Source: Lepidodermella squamata (Eukaryota; Animalia; Gastrotricha). Taken from it: 64,000 nt of DNA. The translations under genes were made by a program, and so were the position numbers. Below are positions 35,270 through 51,244 of the stretch, in pieces (position 1 is the stretch's first letter; each line of letters opens with the position of its first letter). The stretch spans positions 1,550,001-1,614,000 of the forward strand of contig JBLDXI010000055.1 in NCBI GenBank assembly GCA_047495785.1, in the 5' to 3' direction. The notes beneath the pieces were generated by a model. The model was given only the letters and a program-made list of their open reading frames with translations, did not search any database and was not told where the DNA came from.

Positions 35270-37095
35270 TTAGAAAACGTTCGGCGCTGAAACAAAGATT
35301 AAATTTGACGTAGTTACGGAAAGATTAGCAGGAAATGTGAGCTTACGATTGCGGAGAGCTTTCAAGTTGAGGCGGGCGATATCTTGAACAGCTCTTGCGA
35401 TTGTTCGAGCTGCACCCGGCGCAAAAGTTTTCATGTTTTCAAGAACAAGATCGTGGCTGACAGCCTCGGCTTCGTGCGAATGGCCGTTCGTGCAATCGTC
35501 AGCACCCGAGTCTAGATCCGTGATGAGCGCAAGAGTCGCATAGGGCACCCCCATTTCGTTGGCCAGACACACCTCAGGAACGGAGGTCATGCCAATCACA
35601 TGGCCGCCGAGCTGTGTGTGACAAAAAGCAGGTAATATCGAAAGAAGAAGAATCTCAATTGATCACCATTCGGAACATGTTGTGCTCAGCCTTCGAAGAA
35701 AAACGAGGGCCTTCTACGACAACAATTGTTCCACCGTCGTGAGCAATAATGCCTTCAGTTCGAGCTGCCCCGAGGAGAGCGCCTCTGAGCGGCTTCGAAA
35801 ACGGTTCAGCCATAGGACAATGCATCACTCCCTAATAAAACAAGACATTTTGGTTTATTAAATGGACGAGGCTATTCGGAAATAGCGAAACGTGTGTCAC
35901 GCTAATCGGAACGTGTGATTGGCTACTCGAACACAACCCTTCAAGTCAAGGAATACCGCTAATAGACTAGTGATAAGGCGATAATTGACCGGATTTAAGA
36001 CAGATTTAGCGGTTGTAGCATATTTACAAAGACTATATCTGATATTGTCTTGTATTCTTGATTTTAAACTCATCCTCACCGCCCCCGCCTCCAATGGTAT
36101 CAAGGGGTCTCACCTCTCACCTCGCCGCACGCTGTTAAGACGGGCCGGCACGCCGCGGGTTGAAATAAAACCGAAAGCTGACGTCCGGTGGCGTCAAGTT
36201 CGAGCTATCAAATCGCTAATTATCAGTTGCAATCCCGCCGCGCAGTAGCCTCTTGCCGGAATATTGGTTAAACTCGATGGTGGCCGTGCCTCAAAATCAA
36301 TGAGAGCGCCTTTATTGCTCATGATGATGATGCGCACTGTAATTTTGGACTAGGTATCATCCTGTTATGCTGGCATTTCGAATTTTCGCAGGTTCAACAT
36401 TTTCCGAACTAACAAAAAGTTGTTAAAATCCGAATTTCGATTATTAACAGGTGACTTAAGATGCTGTGTTCGGTGTTCGAATAGCCGAATGCGCGTACAC
36501 ACCACTTCACATCCACTTGTGTTCGAGTAGCCAGTCACGCACACACACTGTGTTCGAATCTTGGAGGAATAGACATTACTAGTACTATTACTCCAAGGTT
36601 CGAATAGCCATTAAATTTGAACATCTACGCTCTAACTTTCAAATGACCAGCTTCGCCATCATAGAAAGTCTGGGCCCCACGCTGGCCACCGCCACGGCTT
36701 GTGAAATCTAGAAACTGGTCAACAATGACGAGATCGCCGACACGATGAAGATCACTGCGTAGAGAACCAACGGCATTAGTCGCAATGATAGCATCGCAGT
36801 TCAAAATATCCGGGCTGCACATTGCAAAAATGTTGGCTCGGTAATTTACAGCTGACGGCGGCTTGCGATGATTTTTGCCGTGACGACCGATAAGAACAAC
36901 GTCGATGCCGTTCAAAACACCCTGTACCATCATGTCGGAGGTGAGGCCGTACGGGGTTTCGTACGGTGCCGGCAGTGGTTTCAAGTTGGAGATGAAAGCA
37001 GGGTCATCGAGACCGGTTCCTCCGATTATTGCAATCTTAACCCAACCGAATTTCAGTGACTACAAAAAATAGGCACCGGCACTTACCTTGACCAT
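35270..37095 (-). CDS. MTAP: S-methyl-5'-thioadenosine phosphorylase (canonical-looking copy), ~5 exons
   Basis: MVK-IAIIGGTG..GRHG..PPSAVNYRANIFA..DQFLDFT..EGPRFSSKAE..VIGMTSVPE..LITDLD. Confidence 0.9.
35870..36610. mobile_element. MITE/foldback-like insertion inflating an MTAP intron
   Basis: GGCTATTCG at ~35870 pairs with CGAATAGCC at ~36601-36609 and ~36478-36487. GTGATTGGCTACTCGAACACAA (~35915-35936) pairs with TTGTGTTCGAGTAGCCAGTCAC (~36517-36538). Confidence 0.6.
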
Positions 37096-37955
37096 TTTAC
37101 GAAATGATAGAAACCCAACAATAAAATGTGATCTAAACCAAGGTAAAAATGATGTAAGAAAAAGACCCATGAAAATCAAATCTAACATTTTATTACTTGC
37201 GTGTCACACGTTACTCGTTTTACAAAGACTATAAATTCAAAATCAAGCTATATGTTACATCAAGTGATATGGTATGCACTTTCGCAACGAAGTCATCATC
37301 ACTGGCAGACGCTCTTGTTCATATTTTACTAAACGATAATAATGAGAGCGATTGATTTCTCACAAAAGTAACACACGGGCTGCGATGACAAGATTGACGT
37401 TGATAGCAATAATTTTCATCAACATTTGCGTTAATATAACAGGTTCAATCATTTCCGCAAGAAATGAATTATAGCGCTAGACGCTGTATCTCTAAATAAG
37501 CGTGATCACATTTTCTAGACTATAAGTTAAATCTGTGTTTCTTTGTAGTAGTAATAATATCTCACAGTCAACTAGCATTCGATCTGTACAGTAACTTTTT
37601 TGTGCAAATTTGCAGAAACAATACAAAAAATGAATGACACGCGCACATCAATTTGTAAACCCAATGGGGAAATTTATTCTTCTTCATTAAGAGCAATAAA
37701 AGCGCTGATATCATTTACGTAATTAGAATAAGTAAGACGAATATGTGGGTTTCCGCTCTAGCATAATCATGCACATGAAACACCGAAGACGAAATGATGT
37801 TGATGATAATGCCAACCAATAAGCGGTAGTTATGAGACGAGTTTAGATTTTATAAACAGTAGATTATAAGATCACCAACAGCTTCAATTTACGTAGTTTC
37901 CACAAAAGTTCAAAGAATAAACCTGATGATCATGAAGACGCCAGACTCCGCCGCT

Positions 37956-40379
<2,424 letters not shown>

Positions 40380-42170
40380 CTCGACAAGTCAACTTTAAGA
40401 ATCTAGAAAAAATCCAGGTAACTTCAATGATGAACAAATTTCAATCTAGCAGGCCTCGCGTAGCACTTCAGTCTTCAGGTCATAGGCGGCAAACGTCGGA
40501 TTACATCAAAATGGGAATGCTCTTATTCGACCATCACGTGGGGATTAAACAGTCCAGAATGGAATATGTATCCTTAGCCAGGCTGATCTAATGGCTAAAG
40601 GCTAAACCACGCAAAACTGGGCTTTGTCTAGATGAACTTGACATGAACGGACGTGCTTCGAACTATTTTCAAGTAAAAAAGGTGGGTCAAATACTAAATG
40701 AACACCAGAAGACGGGGAACACAGCGGCGCTGTTACCCCTCACCATCGGCCATAGGAGAAGGAGATTTTTAGTTGAGCAGCCGTAAGCTGTAGTGTTTTT
40801 GGCCTTGAGCAAATCACAGATCACCGAACACCGAACCCTTCCTCGACATTCAAAGCCAAACGCATAAAGTCAAAGCGAGATGGATTGCCTGAAAAACTTC
40901 GATTTAAATAGTTTCTAATACCCCCAAAGATTGAGATACGACAAAACACTAACCTAACGAACTTTAATTTATGGTTTGAAAATGGATAGACTTATCAGCC
41001 CAACTGACCGCTGCCCGACGATATGCTTGGGCGTCAGCTTGAAAATTATAACCTGAGTGACGAGTCACCGCGGTAGCAGTGTTTTACCTACCTTAAACAA
41101 TCACCTCGTCACCTGAAATAGCCCAAAAGTTTCCAACATCAGCTAAAAACAAAAACAAGCATATTTCAAAATTTAATAACACTTTTTGTTTTTGAAGGAA
41201 AATAATTACCTTTGAAAAATTTCCAAGAAATTTAGGAATTAATGCAAATCAAGTAATTAAGAAAAAGTCAGCTGATAACTGATAATTTCACAAGTCACGT
41301 GAACCCGGCATCCCTTGCGAAAGAGAGCCAAGCTGGTCAAAGTGTGGCCGAGCCAAGGCAAGAGTGTAGAGTGTACTGGTATCTTATACTGAGGTCAGAG
41401 GTCAGAGGTCGGAAGTCTTTCCTTTTTCTCGAGGATTTGAGTCGAGGATTTCAAATCTTGTATGGAGAAATGGAGACATCATGACCTGCTTTTCTCTGAT
41501 TGTTACTTATTTCTAGTAGCCAAAGACAAGTCAGAGTTTGTCCAGCCGCTAAGGGAAATTTACGAGAGCAAGAGTAAGTATTTCCACGGTGGGGTTAATG
41601 TTCGGAACAAGGTGATCAGCCTCTGAATCCTTTGTTTTGTTTGTTTATTCTGTGCCGATTTTGGCCAACATTACCGCCGCGGTGACTCGGTTTCCAAACT
41701 TTAACACAAAGCCCTAGCATATCGTCAAGAAATCAGCTTGCCCATCCATCAATCCCTAAGCAAAGGAGCCAAGCATTTATTATTTGAATGCCGCTTAACT
41801 CTTTGTTAGCAACATACATTACCCGAATTAAAAAACTTTTCTTTTTTTTATATTGTTGGAACCGGTGAGGTTACCCAGCATCATGGCTCTTTTCGCCCAT
41901 GTCGCTCATTTCGGATTATACGATAAAGTCATCAGTGGCTTACGAATTGCTGTAAATTGCGTGTGATTTAAATGCTTATCGATATCAAATTACACAAAGT
42001 TCTGTTTCTTTTAAACTTTACCGTATTGCTACTGAATGGAACAACCGCTGGTGCGGTCCCTTGCATTTCTTTAACCTTGCTTTCGCAATCAGTTTAGCTG
42101 CTATCACTAACTATAGCATATATCAATTGTTGTTGGATATAAAACAAAGATCTGGTTAATAGCCCTTATC

Positions 42171-43484
42171 ATGTTACTGCTAACCAAAGGTATGCCGCTC
42201 ACTGTAATTCTCCTTTTGAACGAATTCACTGTTTCAACTAGCCAAAAACTTGGTCAAAACTGTCACGAGGCATAGCTCTAATTTGCGATCCTGGCCAAAA
42301 TACGCACGAGGAAACTGGACACCGAAAGTGCCGAAAGCACCGAAACTTGACCATGCGGGTGACATTAGCCTAGCTCTTAAACCTGTCGATTTGTCACTGC
42401 CTCGTCCGTCGATAATGCTGTCAAAATTAATCACTGAGTAGGCGCATCATCCTATCTACCTAGCGTAAACTCACAATTATCTAACATAGAGCAGATTCGA
42501 CTACTCAACGCATTTGCAGTTTGGAATATGCCCCGGCGGTAAATTACATCTAGCTTGGAAATATTGCTTGTTTTAAATTGCCCGTGATTTAGAAATTATC
42601 AGCGGAGTATGTACGAGAAGACACCGTGAAAAGGTTTGAGCGGTATCCCGGCGACGAATGTTCTCTTGAAGTCAAAAGTGAGCTTGATTAGCACTCTTAT
42701 TTAATAATATTTGTTAATTCGACTGTAAAATTTAGTCGCCAAGGCTACTGTCTTCATTCGTAAATACGCTGAACTCTGCAACAAAAATACATCGGTAAGG
42801 AATCAACTGTATAATGTTAGCAATTCTAGCTCCCTATTTAGGATAAAGTTGCCAAAGTGAAGCTCCTGCAAGCTATTGGGCGGCGTCACAACCTTCTGGG
42901 AACATTACGGAGAGAAAACTACGATCGCTTTCAATACTGCTTGAAGGAGCTGGGAATCAAATGGTACCCCAAGCCTGAGACTATCGAAGAAAGAAGGTTT
43001 TTTTTACGAGTGCTCGTCACTTCGGTTTCGATTTAACTTGTTTAATCACAGAAAGCCTACGAAACGAGAGCTTCGAGTCAAAGAAGTTCAGGATAAGAGT
43101 GATGCAGCAAAGAACGAAAAACTCGCTGAAGTACAAGTTCGGTACGTTTTTTTATTTTTGATTGAGTCGCGTAATGATCTCTCCAATTACAGTTACTCCA
43201 AAGAAATCGATTTGTTGAAGAAAGAGAAAGACGACATTCTGCGAGGCGTTGCTGAGTCGATGAAAACTTTCGCTATTTCTGAGAGCGACATTTTCCACGA
43301 TGACGGTTCCATCAAACCGGTCGATTTGGAAGCGAAAATTGCATCTGAGCAACAAGCTAAACTGAACGAAGCAGAAAAGAAGAACCTAGTCAGGTGGATT
43401 CGCGTGTTGCGGCGTCCTACACCAAAATTCGCATTTTTAACTGCTGAGTTGTTGCGTGCGCCTGAATCGAAAATTTCAACTTGA
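42171..43484 (+). CDS. MRPS15: Mitochondrial ribosomal protein S15 (uS15m), multi-exon
   Basis: Spliced exons give ..YPGDECSLEVKVAKAT..DKVAKVKLLQAIGRRHNLLGTLRRENYDRFQYCLKELGI. The 3' end is approximate. Confidence 0.75.
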
Positions 43485-43512
43485 TAAGTTGGGAATGAAC
43501 ATTAGCTCAGCT

Positions 43513-44096
43513 GATATTTTTAAATAAAGTCAACGCCGGTCTTGCGGCAGATACTACGATCTTTGTTTTCTATCAGTCAAATTCTGCAGTTTTTTATTCA
43601 TCAACGCTAGCCAAATGAAATTCCACAACGCGTTGACAAACGAATACATGCACATACCCAGCCAGAAAAATTATATTAACTGTTGCATCATCAAATGAAG
43701 GCGTCGCTGTTTGTAGCATTGGGGCCACATCGCTTCACGTAAGCTGTTGACAGAGCGCTGCCGTTTTGCAACTCAAAATATCTCCCATTGCCGCTAAATC
43801 GTTAACCGGCGGCTTGAGTAGAAGCGGCGGCGGTATCCTGTATTGCGTGGGATGTAGCTTTGTCTTTCTGAATCTTTAATTTTCATTCAATTTGACGGTA
43901 ACTTGACACAGACTTCAAATTTGGTTGTTCACATCCGGTTTATTACTTTTTTACTCGTGAATAATACCTGCATACAATACATGTGAATATTTTTAAATAA
44001 AGTCAACGCCGGTCTTGCGGCAGATACTACGATCTTTGTTTTCTATCAGTCAAATTCTGCAGTTTTTTATTCATCAACGCTAGCCAAATGAAATTC
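43513..44096 (+). repeat. Near-exact ~110-bp direct repeat (43513-43623 and ~43986-44096)
   Basis: ATATTTTTAAATAAAGTCAACGCCGGTC...GCCAAATGAAATTCC occurs twice. Confidence 0.9.
43690..43867 (-). pseudogene. Decayed duplicate of the ARL13B terminal exon
   Basis: Translates DKATSHAIQDTAAASTQAAG*RFSG..ALSTAYVKRCGPNATNSDAFI*, versus DKATPRVIQDT..ALSTAYVKQGGPNVTSSDAFI* at 45649-45830. There is an in-frame TAA at 43802-43804. Confidence 0.8.
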
Positions 44097-44813
44097 CTGT
44101 ATTAGAAATGTTAGGTTACAATCGAAATTTGTAGCGTTTCATCAGGGCAGGCGGAAGGGCTCTTCCTAATAAAACTGCCCGGTTATTTGCGAAAGCTTCA
44201 AAATTATACGACTGGACAGATATAGTTTCATCTAGCCTAATGAAACCAGGTAGGTATGACATAAACCTGAAAATATCTCCAAAAAGGCAGTTTTATTGTT
44301 TTCGAAAAAAATAAGCCACGATCTAAAATAACAACGCCATCTCAGCAGAAACGCAACAAATTATTGAATAGAAATGTGAAACCACAATGTCATCATTAGT
44401 TGCTTTGCGTAAAGCCATACTTTCTCTCCAGCAGTTCGATATATTTCTCGGCATTTCTAAAATAAAACAATTCAAAATATTAGCATAATCAATCAGGGTA
44501 AAACTGACATTCCATGTCGAATTATAGAAAATGTTCCCAGATTGCACAGATCAATGACCGTCGACCCACTGCGTTGTTTATCGCAACTATCGGCAATAGC
44601 TACTATTTCACCACCGTCAACGACTAGATCAATTTTCGGCTAGAGATGTGCGAATTCATTGATGCTGAGCGCGAATAGGATCACCGCCGCTATTCGCAGA
44701 TGTCAGTGCCAATGGAACGCCGCCTGGAATGGCAGCGGCTAGTTTGATTGCGAATTCGCAACCCGGAACCCTAACGCCGAGCCGAGTAAGACCAGGAACG
44801 CCAGGTGTAATGG

Positions 44814-45340
44814 TTAAATTTTCCAATAATTCAAGTACAAGTGTGATAGGTCCAGGTAGAACTTCCTCGAGGAGACCGTCTGGTAAATGATTAACTTTAA
44901 CCTCGGAGCTAATGATGGCTGATCATTTTTTCTAGTCTTTGACGTGCGATATTCACAGACTTGAGCTACACTTGGGATGGTGAGAGAACGAGGGCGTTTC
45001 AGGAGGCTCATCAACTTGTCCATCGCATCCGCAGAAATAACCCACATTACTAAAGAGATGTTAAGTACCTACTAACATACTTAAAATCTCTTGACATTAC
45101 TTTCTTTTTTTAACAATCAATTTCAACACATTTTTGGGAAAATTCGAGCATTCTGAGCGGACTCTGCTGCCACATAGCCGACATGCGATAACCGATTCAG
45201 AGGATTTGATCTCACAGTCACATTCAACACACATAGTTTTGTTTTGGTTGTCTTCAGGGTTGTCGCGGCATATTCCTCTAGTTTTCTTCACAAAAACAAT
45301 GGCAAGTAGATAAAGCAGTCGGACGAGAAGACGTCACATT
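44814..45340 (-). mobile_element. Degenerate PHD-finger ORF, probably the 5' ORF1 remnant of a CR1/L2-type LINE
   Basis: CVECDCEI....IACRLC..RVRSEC followed by WVISAD: a PHD with lost His/Cys ligands and broken frames. Confidence 0.5.
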
Positions 45341-45648
45341 TACAGGAGACAGGACAACGGCTTGCCATCGTTATTGTTTGCACTTTTGAATGGAAAATAT
45401 CAACTTGATTACGGCTGGAAATGAACATCAGCTCACCTCAAGACTCAAGTATAGCCAACACCTATCTTGTGTTCGGCTGGTTCTGAGACCTTCAGCTTAA
45501 ACTATCGAATTGTGCCGTTTATTTATTCATCAGCATCAGCCAGAATTTCGAGCGATTTTCGCTCCAAGCATAAAATACCACAACACTTTGACAATCGAAC
45601 ACATAAATTATATAACCAGCCAGAAAAATAATAGTAATTATTGTAGCA

Positions 45649-47639
45649 TCAAATGAAGGCGTCGCTGCTTGTAACATTGGGACCACCTTGCTTCACGTAA
45701 GCTGTTGACAGAGCGGTGCTGTTTTGTTGCTCTATAGCACCCGCATTGCCGCTCAATCTCAAACTAGCGGCTATTGGATTAGAAGCGGTGGCTGTATCCT
45801 GTATTACGCGGGGTGTAGCTTTGTCACTCCGACTCATTCTTGGCGATTGGCTGCTTAGCGCTGGCTGAGGGGATGTTCCTGAAAACCACAGTATGTTTGA
45901 TAAAACGAGTGGGCACAATGCCTAGAAAGTAATTTTGTTTATAAAACCTAAAATCTACCACAAACTTCATATTTCTTTGTTTTGACCCGGTATTTATAAC
46001 GGTGAATCAAAGTGATAGGAAATAAAGCAACGATTAGCTAGATTCATAAGTCCTATAATTTCATCAGAGCAGGCGGAGTAACTGCTTAGTACTTTTTTGT
46101 AAAAATTCCAAGTTTCTGTAAATATTCAAAATACTAGTGCTAGACAACTTGATTACTTTTTGCCAAGGGAAACCACGTTATGGCCGGTAATAACTGAAAT
46201 ATCGTTTCGCAAGGTACGAAACATATTTACCTTCCTCCATTAAATCACTCATGGCTCTGACTGCGTTGCTATCATTTACTTCCAGATTACTGGAGGATCC
46301 GTTGGGTGGGCGCGGTCGACGTCGGCGTCGACGCTGGTCGCTTGAAGCTGATATCGAATCGGAAGTATCACCGAATGCTCCGTTGTCACTTACTAAAAAA
46401 ATTCAGTAGGAATTTTTGAAGCTGGGAAGTGCGAGGAAACCCACGTGATAATTGCTCTCTCTCAGACAGCTTGGGATCACTAGATTCAGGAGAAATATCT
46501 CCTGTTGGTTTAACGGCAGCAACTGGAGTTTGCTTAGAATCGCGCCCTTTATTCGAGCTTGCTGTTCCAGAATTCTTTTCGGCATCTTTTACGGCTTGAT
46601 CAATTGGCTTGAAAGGGTCGACGACGTCCCCGGCCAAGTTGTCATCTTTCTCTGCGCTATTCTCAGCCTTCGCTCTGAATTTTAATTATAACTTCTGCTC
46701 AAAAGTGAATTAAATTTTACAAACGAATTACCGCTCTTCCCTTGCTTTGAGAACTTGTAATCGCTTCTCTTTAGCCTGCTCTTTCTCGATACGCTGAGCC
46801 TCTTGAGTGTCCATCTGCACTCTTTGTTCAAGACCGGCTGTCTCGCGTAATACGTCTACGATTCGAAGAAGCCACTTTAGGCCAGCACGAATGGGCGGAT
46901 CGAGCTTTTTTCCTATGCCAATGTTCGCCGAGCACAGCTCCTGAACAAGTCAATTACAAAATTATATGCGTTATGCGCTCAGTTAAAAATTGTGTTAGAC
47001 ATACCAGACGACAGTGACATTTGTTTTGGGTTACAATATCTTCGAGGTTGATCCGGGATACAATTTCTTTGTCATCCATCGCGGTTCCTTTGTCCTGTTT
47101 GTTAGCTAATCTAGAATATATGTTTCGTAAGTCAGCGAAATGGGAAGTGGATAAATTTATTCGCTTACAACAAAATCGGTTTTCCTTGCACCCTTGGATT
47201 AGACAACAGCTTTTGAAGCTCCTCCTTACATTCAGTCAGTCTTTCGCTCTCAGATGAATCAACCACATATATTAAACCGTAAACTTCAGCGAGGTAGTGC
47301 TTCCATATATCTCGAACTCGTTTTCCTCCTCCCAGGTCGTAGAAAGTGACATCGTGCTGACCAATTATTTTTTTGTAAGAGGAGTAGCCAACAGTCGGTA
47401 CTACAGATTCCAAACTTTCTGCAATCGATGTTTAATTACTTGAGCAATAATTTGCGCCAAGGGTAATTACCTCCTATAATCGCCTTCGTAGCTGTGGTTT
47501 TCCCTGCATTGTCCAAACCGAAAATTCCGATTTTTACAGACCTGTGGAATTATGATGAGTTGATACCATATTGGCTATGAAATAATTTTACTTACTTGGT
47601 TTTCAATTTTCCATTTTGCAAAGCGTTGCAACACATCAT
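45649..47639 (-). CDS. ARL13B: ARL13B ciliary GTPase, multi-exon
   Basis: MMCCN (palmitoylation Cys pair), GLDNAGKTT, PTVG, DLGGG (G replacing the catalytic Q), NKQD, a coiled coil, DPFKPI and a disordered tail. Confidence 0.9.
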
Positions 47640-48801
47640 CTTGCTAATGCATTCTAGTAAATCATACAGGGGAAAGAAAAAAGCCTTAGCCGCCATAAAA
47701 CGTAGGGAGAGCTTGTGCAATTCTATCCAAGATGCTGCCGAAAGAATTGGCGAAAAATAGCCGATTGGCTAAAGCCACGATCAAACCTACAGTCACATTT
47801 CGGTCATCGTTTGGCCTTTGAATCGTTGAGGCACTTCTTATCTTCATAGATCTTCCAACTCACAGAGGAAAGCCTACGTACCTCGATTCATCGGAAAATA
47901 TTCTGTCCCCTATTATATTTGCTTGCTCTCTTACATGTTACACCCCTCATTAGAGAATCTCTAACCCGCTGCGACAAGAAAAAGAGAAAAGTGAAGAAGC
48001 TAAAAGACACAACGATAGGTAATAAGTAACCGAATCGCAGCATTTGATATCAGAAAGCACCACTTACAAAACAGTTCATCGATTTATGCACGTTTACTAA
48101 ATCGTGATCGTCGACTGACAATTAGCTGACCGACTGAGCTGAACAAGTTGAGTTGAAGCCCAGTCAGAATTTCTGGTAATATTCTTGAGTTGAATGTTGA
48201 GGTAATAAAGCATCCCGTCCATCACTAGTGATGTTTTTTACAGATGCTCTCAGTTCATGACGGCATTCACGACTGTCCTTGATACCGAGATTCCGGTAGT
48301 AAAGGCCAAATGCCGAGTTTTCCAGCAACTTTATGTCAGGTCTAAGGTCTTGAGGACTTCTCGGCGAGTCAGATGGTCGAGCTCCAGGTCCTTCGCGCTA
48401 GGCGGGTTGCAGGCAAAAACTAATGACGCGTCGCGCAATAATTTAATGTCATCACAATACAATACAATAATAAATTTTGTTCATTTCAGAATTATATTGC
48501 ATTATAATATGTGAATAACAAAATACTAAAGATTTTTTTGCGCGGAAAAATGCAAAAAAGCGGCCGCGGTTTATACCCGCACCTTCTTGTGCAATGTCGG
48601 AGATCCTCTGAAGTCCCTCGTCAATCGTCGAGTCTAGAGTCCTCGTCGAGCTGCAGCCTTGAGTTGAAATTCAGCTATTTCCTGCTTAGCTCACTTTTCT
48701 ACTTGCTCAAAGTGGAGACCGTCGCTCGTGTTGAGCGGGATGCCCTAACATTTATAATTGACTGATAGGCGATAAGCGATAAGCGGATGTAAAATTATCT
48801 A

Positions 48802-51107
48802 ATGGTTGGTCCGATTTTGCGGCATTTTACTGCTCTGAATGGATGGGATGGTGTGCAAATTGATATTCCTTCTTCTGTTTTAGATCAAATGCACGTTTTG
48901 AACGGTTCCGATAATAAAACCAATGAACTCCCCGTGAAAGCTGTTCGACGTCAATTGGTTAGATACTTGAGTGACAACGCTATATCTACTCTGGTCATTT
49001 TGGGAGAGACCGCCTCTGGAAAGTCCACCCAAATTCCTCAAATCATTTACGAAAGCCATTTAAATCATGGCCGTTTAATTGGTTGTACTCAGCCTCGGCG
49101 CGTTGCAGCTGTATCGATTGCAACGTTTGTAGCTCAAGAAAGACATTGCTCTGTTGGTGATCTCGTGGGTTACAATGTGCGATTTGAAAATGTGACGAGC
49201 GGTAAAACCAAAATCAAGTACCTCACTGATGGCATGTTGCTGCGAGAAGCTTTGCTCGATCCGTTATTACGAGATTATGGCTGGGTCATCTTGGACGAAG
49301 TGCATGAAAGGACAATTCATACCGACGTATTGCTAGGCGTGGTTAAAAGCGCACAAAAAATCAGAAACAAGACGGATCGTCCGTTAAAATTGATTTTGAT
49401 GTCAGCTACGATGGACGTGGACAAATTTTCTGCTTATTTCAACAACGCCCCAGTGTTATACGTTGAAGGTCGGATGTATCCTGTTGACATGTTTTATGCC
49501 CCAGAAAATTACGAAGATTACGCTTTTAATGCCATGGTTACTGTTTGCCAGCTTAACAGTGAAAGACCGCCTGCAGATAGCTTCCTTGTATTTTTGACTG
49601 GACAAGATGAAATTGGTGAGTTAAATTGCTAAGTTCTATGGGGTCTACTTTTGCTATTATGAATCTTGTACACAACAGATGGATTTTGCTCCACGTTAAA
49701 AGCTCTTTCGAAATCAGCTTCCGATGAAGAAATGCCGCAAAAGTTGCATGTAGTACCTCTCTATGCGCATTTGCCGATTGACCAGCAGATGCATGCTATG
49801 CGTGATCCCCCAGCCGGGCATCGAAAAATTGTTGTTGCTACAAACATAGCCGAAACTTCTATAACTATACCTGGCATAAATGTTGTGATAGACAGTGGTC
49901 GTATCAAAGTCAAGTTTGTTTGATTAATTCCTCCTATATTTCACTAACTTGGTTTCGAATCTCAGGCAATTCGTTGCGAATAGTCAGCTTGACATGCTGA
50001 AAGTCCAATTCATCAGCCAAGCCCAAGCTGTTCAAAGGGCTGGCCGGGCTGGCCGCCAGCAAGCTGGTGCTTGTTATCGTCTTTTTACCGAGCAGAAGTT
50101 CACTAATTTGCCCGCGATTCAGCGACCTGAAATCTTGCGCTGCAATTTATTAGCCGTCTGCCTGGAACTTTTGGCAATGGGCATCAAAGATATTGATAAA
50201 TTCGATTTTGTTGATAAGCCCTCTGAGGAAAACTTCAAATCCGCTTTGGACCAGTTGGTTTGGTTGGGTGCCATTTCGGAAAGCAATCGGAACGAGCTTA
50301 CGGATGATGGAAAAATTATGGCACGCTTCCCCGTGGATCCGACGTTGTCTAAAGCGTTGATTTCTGCTCACGCCCTCGGGTGCTTGAAGGACACCATCAT
50401 TGTTGTTAGTATGCTATCGATCGATTCAGTTTTCCATCAAACAACTACTCCCGAACAAGAAATTCGACAAGCTATTTTCCGGTTCGTTGTACAGGAGAAA
50501 TTTTTCTCTTAATTTGACATTTTGTTGTGCTTAGATCTGACGATGGCGATCACGTTACTTTGTTGAATGTTTATAACGCTTTCATCAATAATGGATCTAA
50601 GAAAACTTGGTGTATCGACCATCGTGTTGATTACAAAAATCTTTGTCAGGCTGAAAAAATCGTCACACAGCTGAGTGAAATCGCGACTGACTTGGACTGG
50701 AAAATGGAGACATATGGAGAGGACACTGAACCCATGCGGTCAAGCCTCGCCTCTGGACTTTTCTTCAAAGCGGCCACTCTACAGCCCGATCAGACGTATA
50801 AAGTTGTTTTTTCTAGTCGTACTGTTCACATTCACCCGTCTTCATCGTTGTTTGTTCACAAAAATGCGTCGAAATCTCAGCCAGCTTGTGTTATTTACAC
50901 TGAGTTGGTTCAATCCTCAAAAAGTTATATGAGGTAGGTGATTTACTTCTCCGGTGGATATCTAAACCCAGGTTTCTTTATAGATTGGTTAGTGTTGTTG
51001 AGTACAATGACTTGATTCAAATTGTTCCGAGCGATTTGCGCTGGCGCTTCGCCGATTCCTCGACATCGAACGGCGTCTCTAATGGAAACGGCCTGCCACA
51101 CAAATAA
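48802..51107 (+). CDS. DHX33: DEAH-box RNA helicase, DHX33-like (true start may be the ATG at 48889)
   Basis: GETASGKST, TQPRRVAA, DEVH, MSAT, ATNIAETSITI, QRAGRAGR, then HA2 and OB-fold exons. Confidence 0.85.
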
Positions 51108-51244
51108 TCTAGTGAACTAGCCAGCAGCGAAGAGGATATTTTTATGTGCTTCAATCTTCATTGTGCCTTTACTCTTTTTAATCGGACGAAGTCAGAATCT
51201 TCACACTATCGTTTTTGTAATAGGTAGATTTTTAAATTTGAAGT

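Noticed and set aside
44766-44776. AACCCTAAC as a telomerase RNA template
   Set aside because: Only a 9-nt match, with no recognisable pseudoknot or CR4/5, and it lies beside a decayed retroelement remnant.
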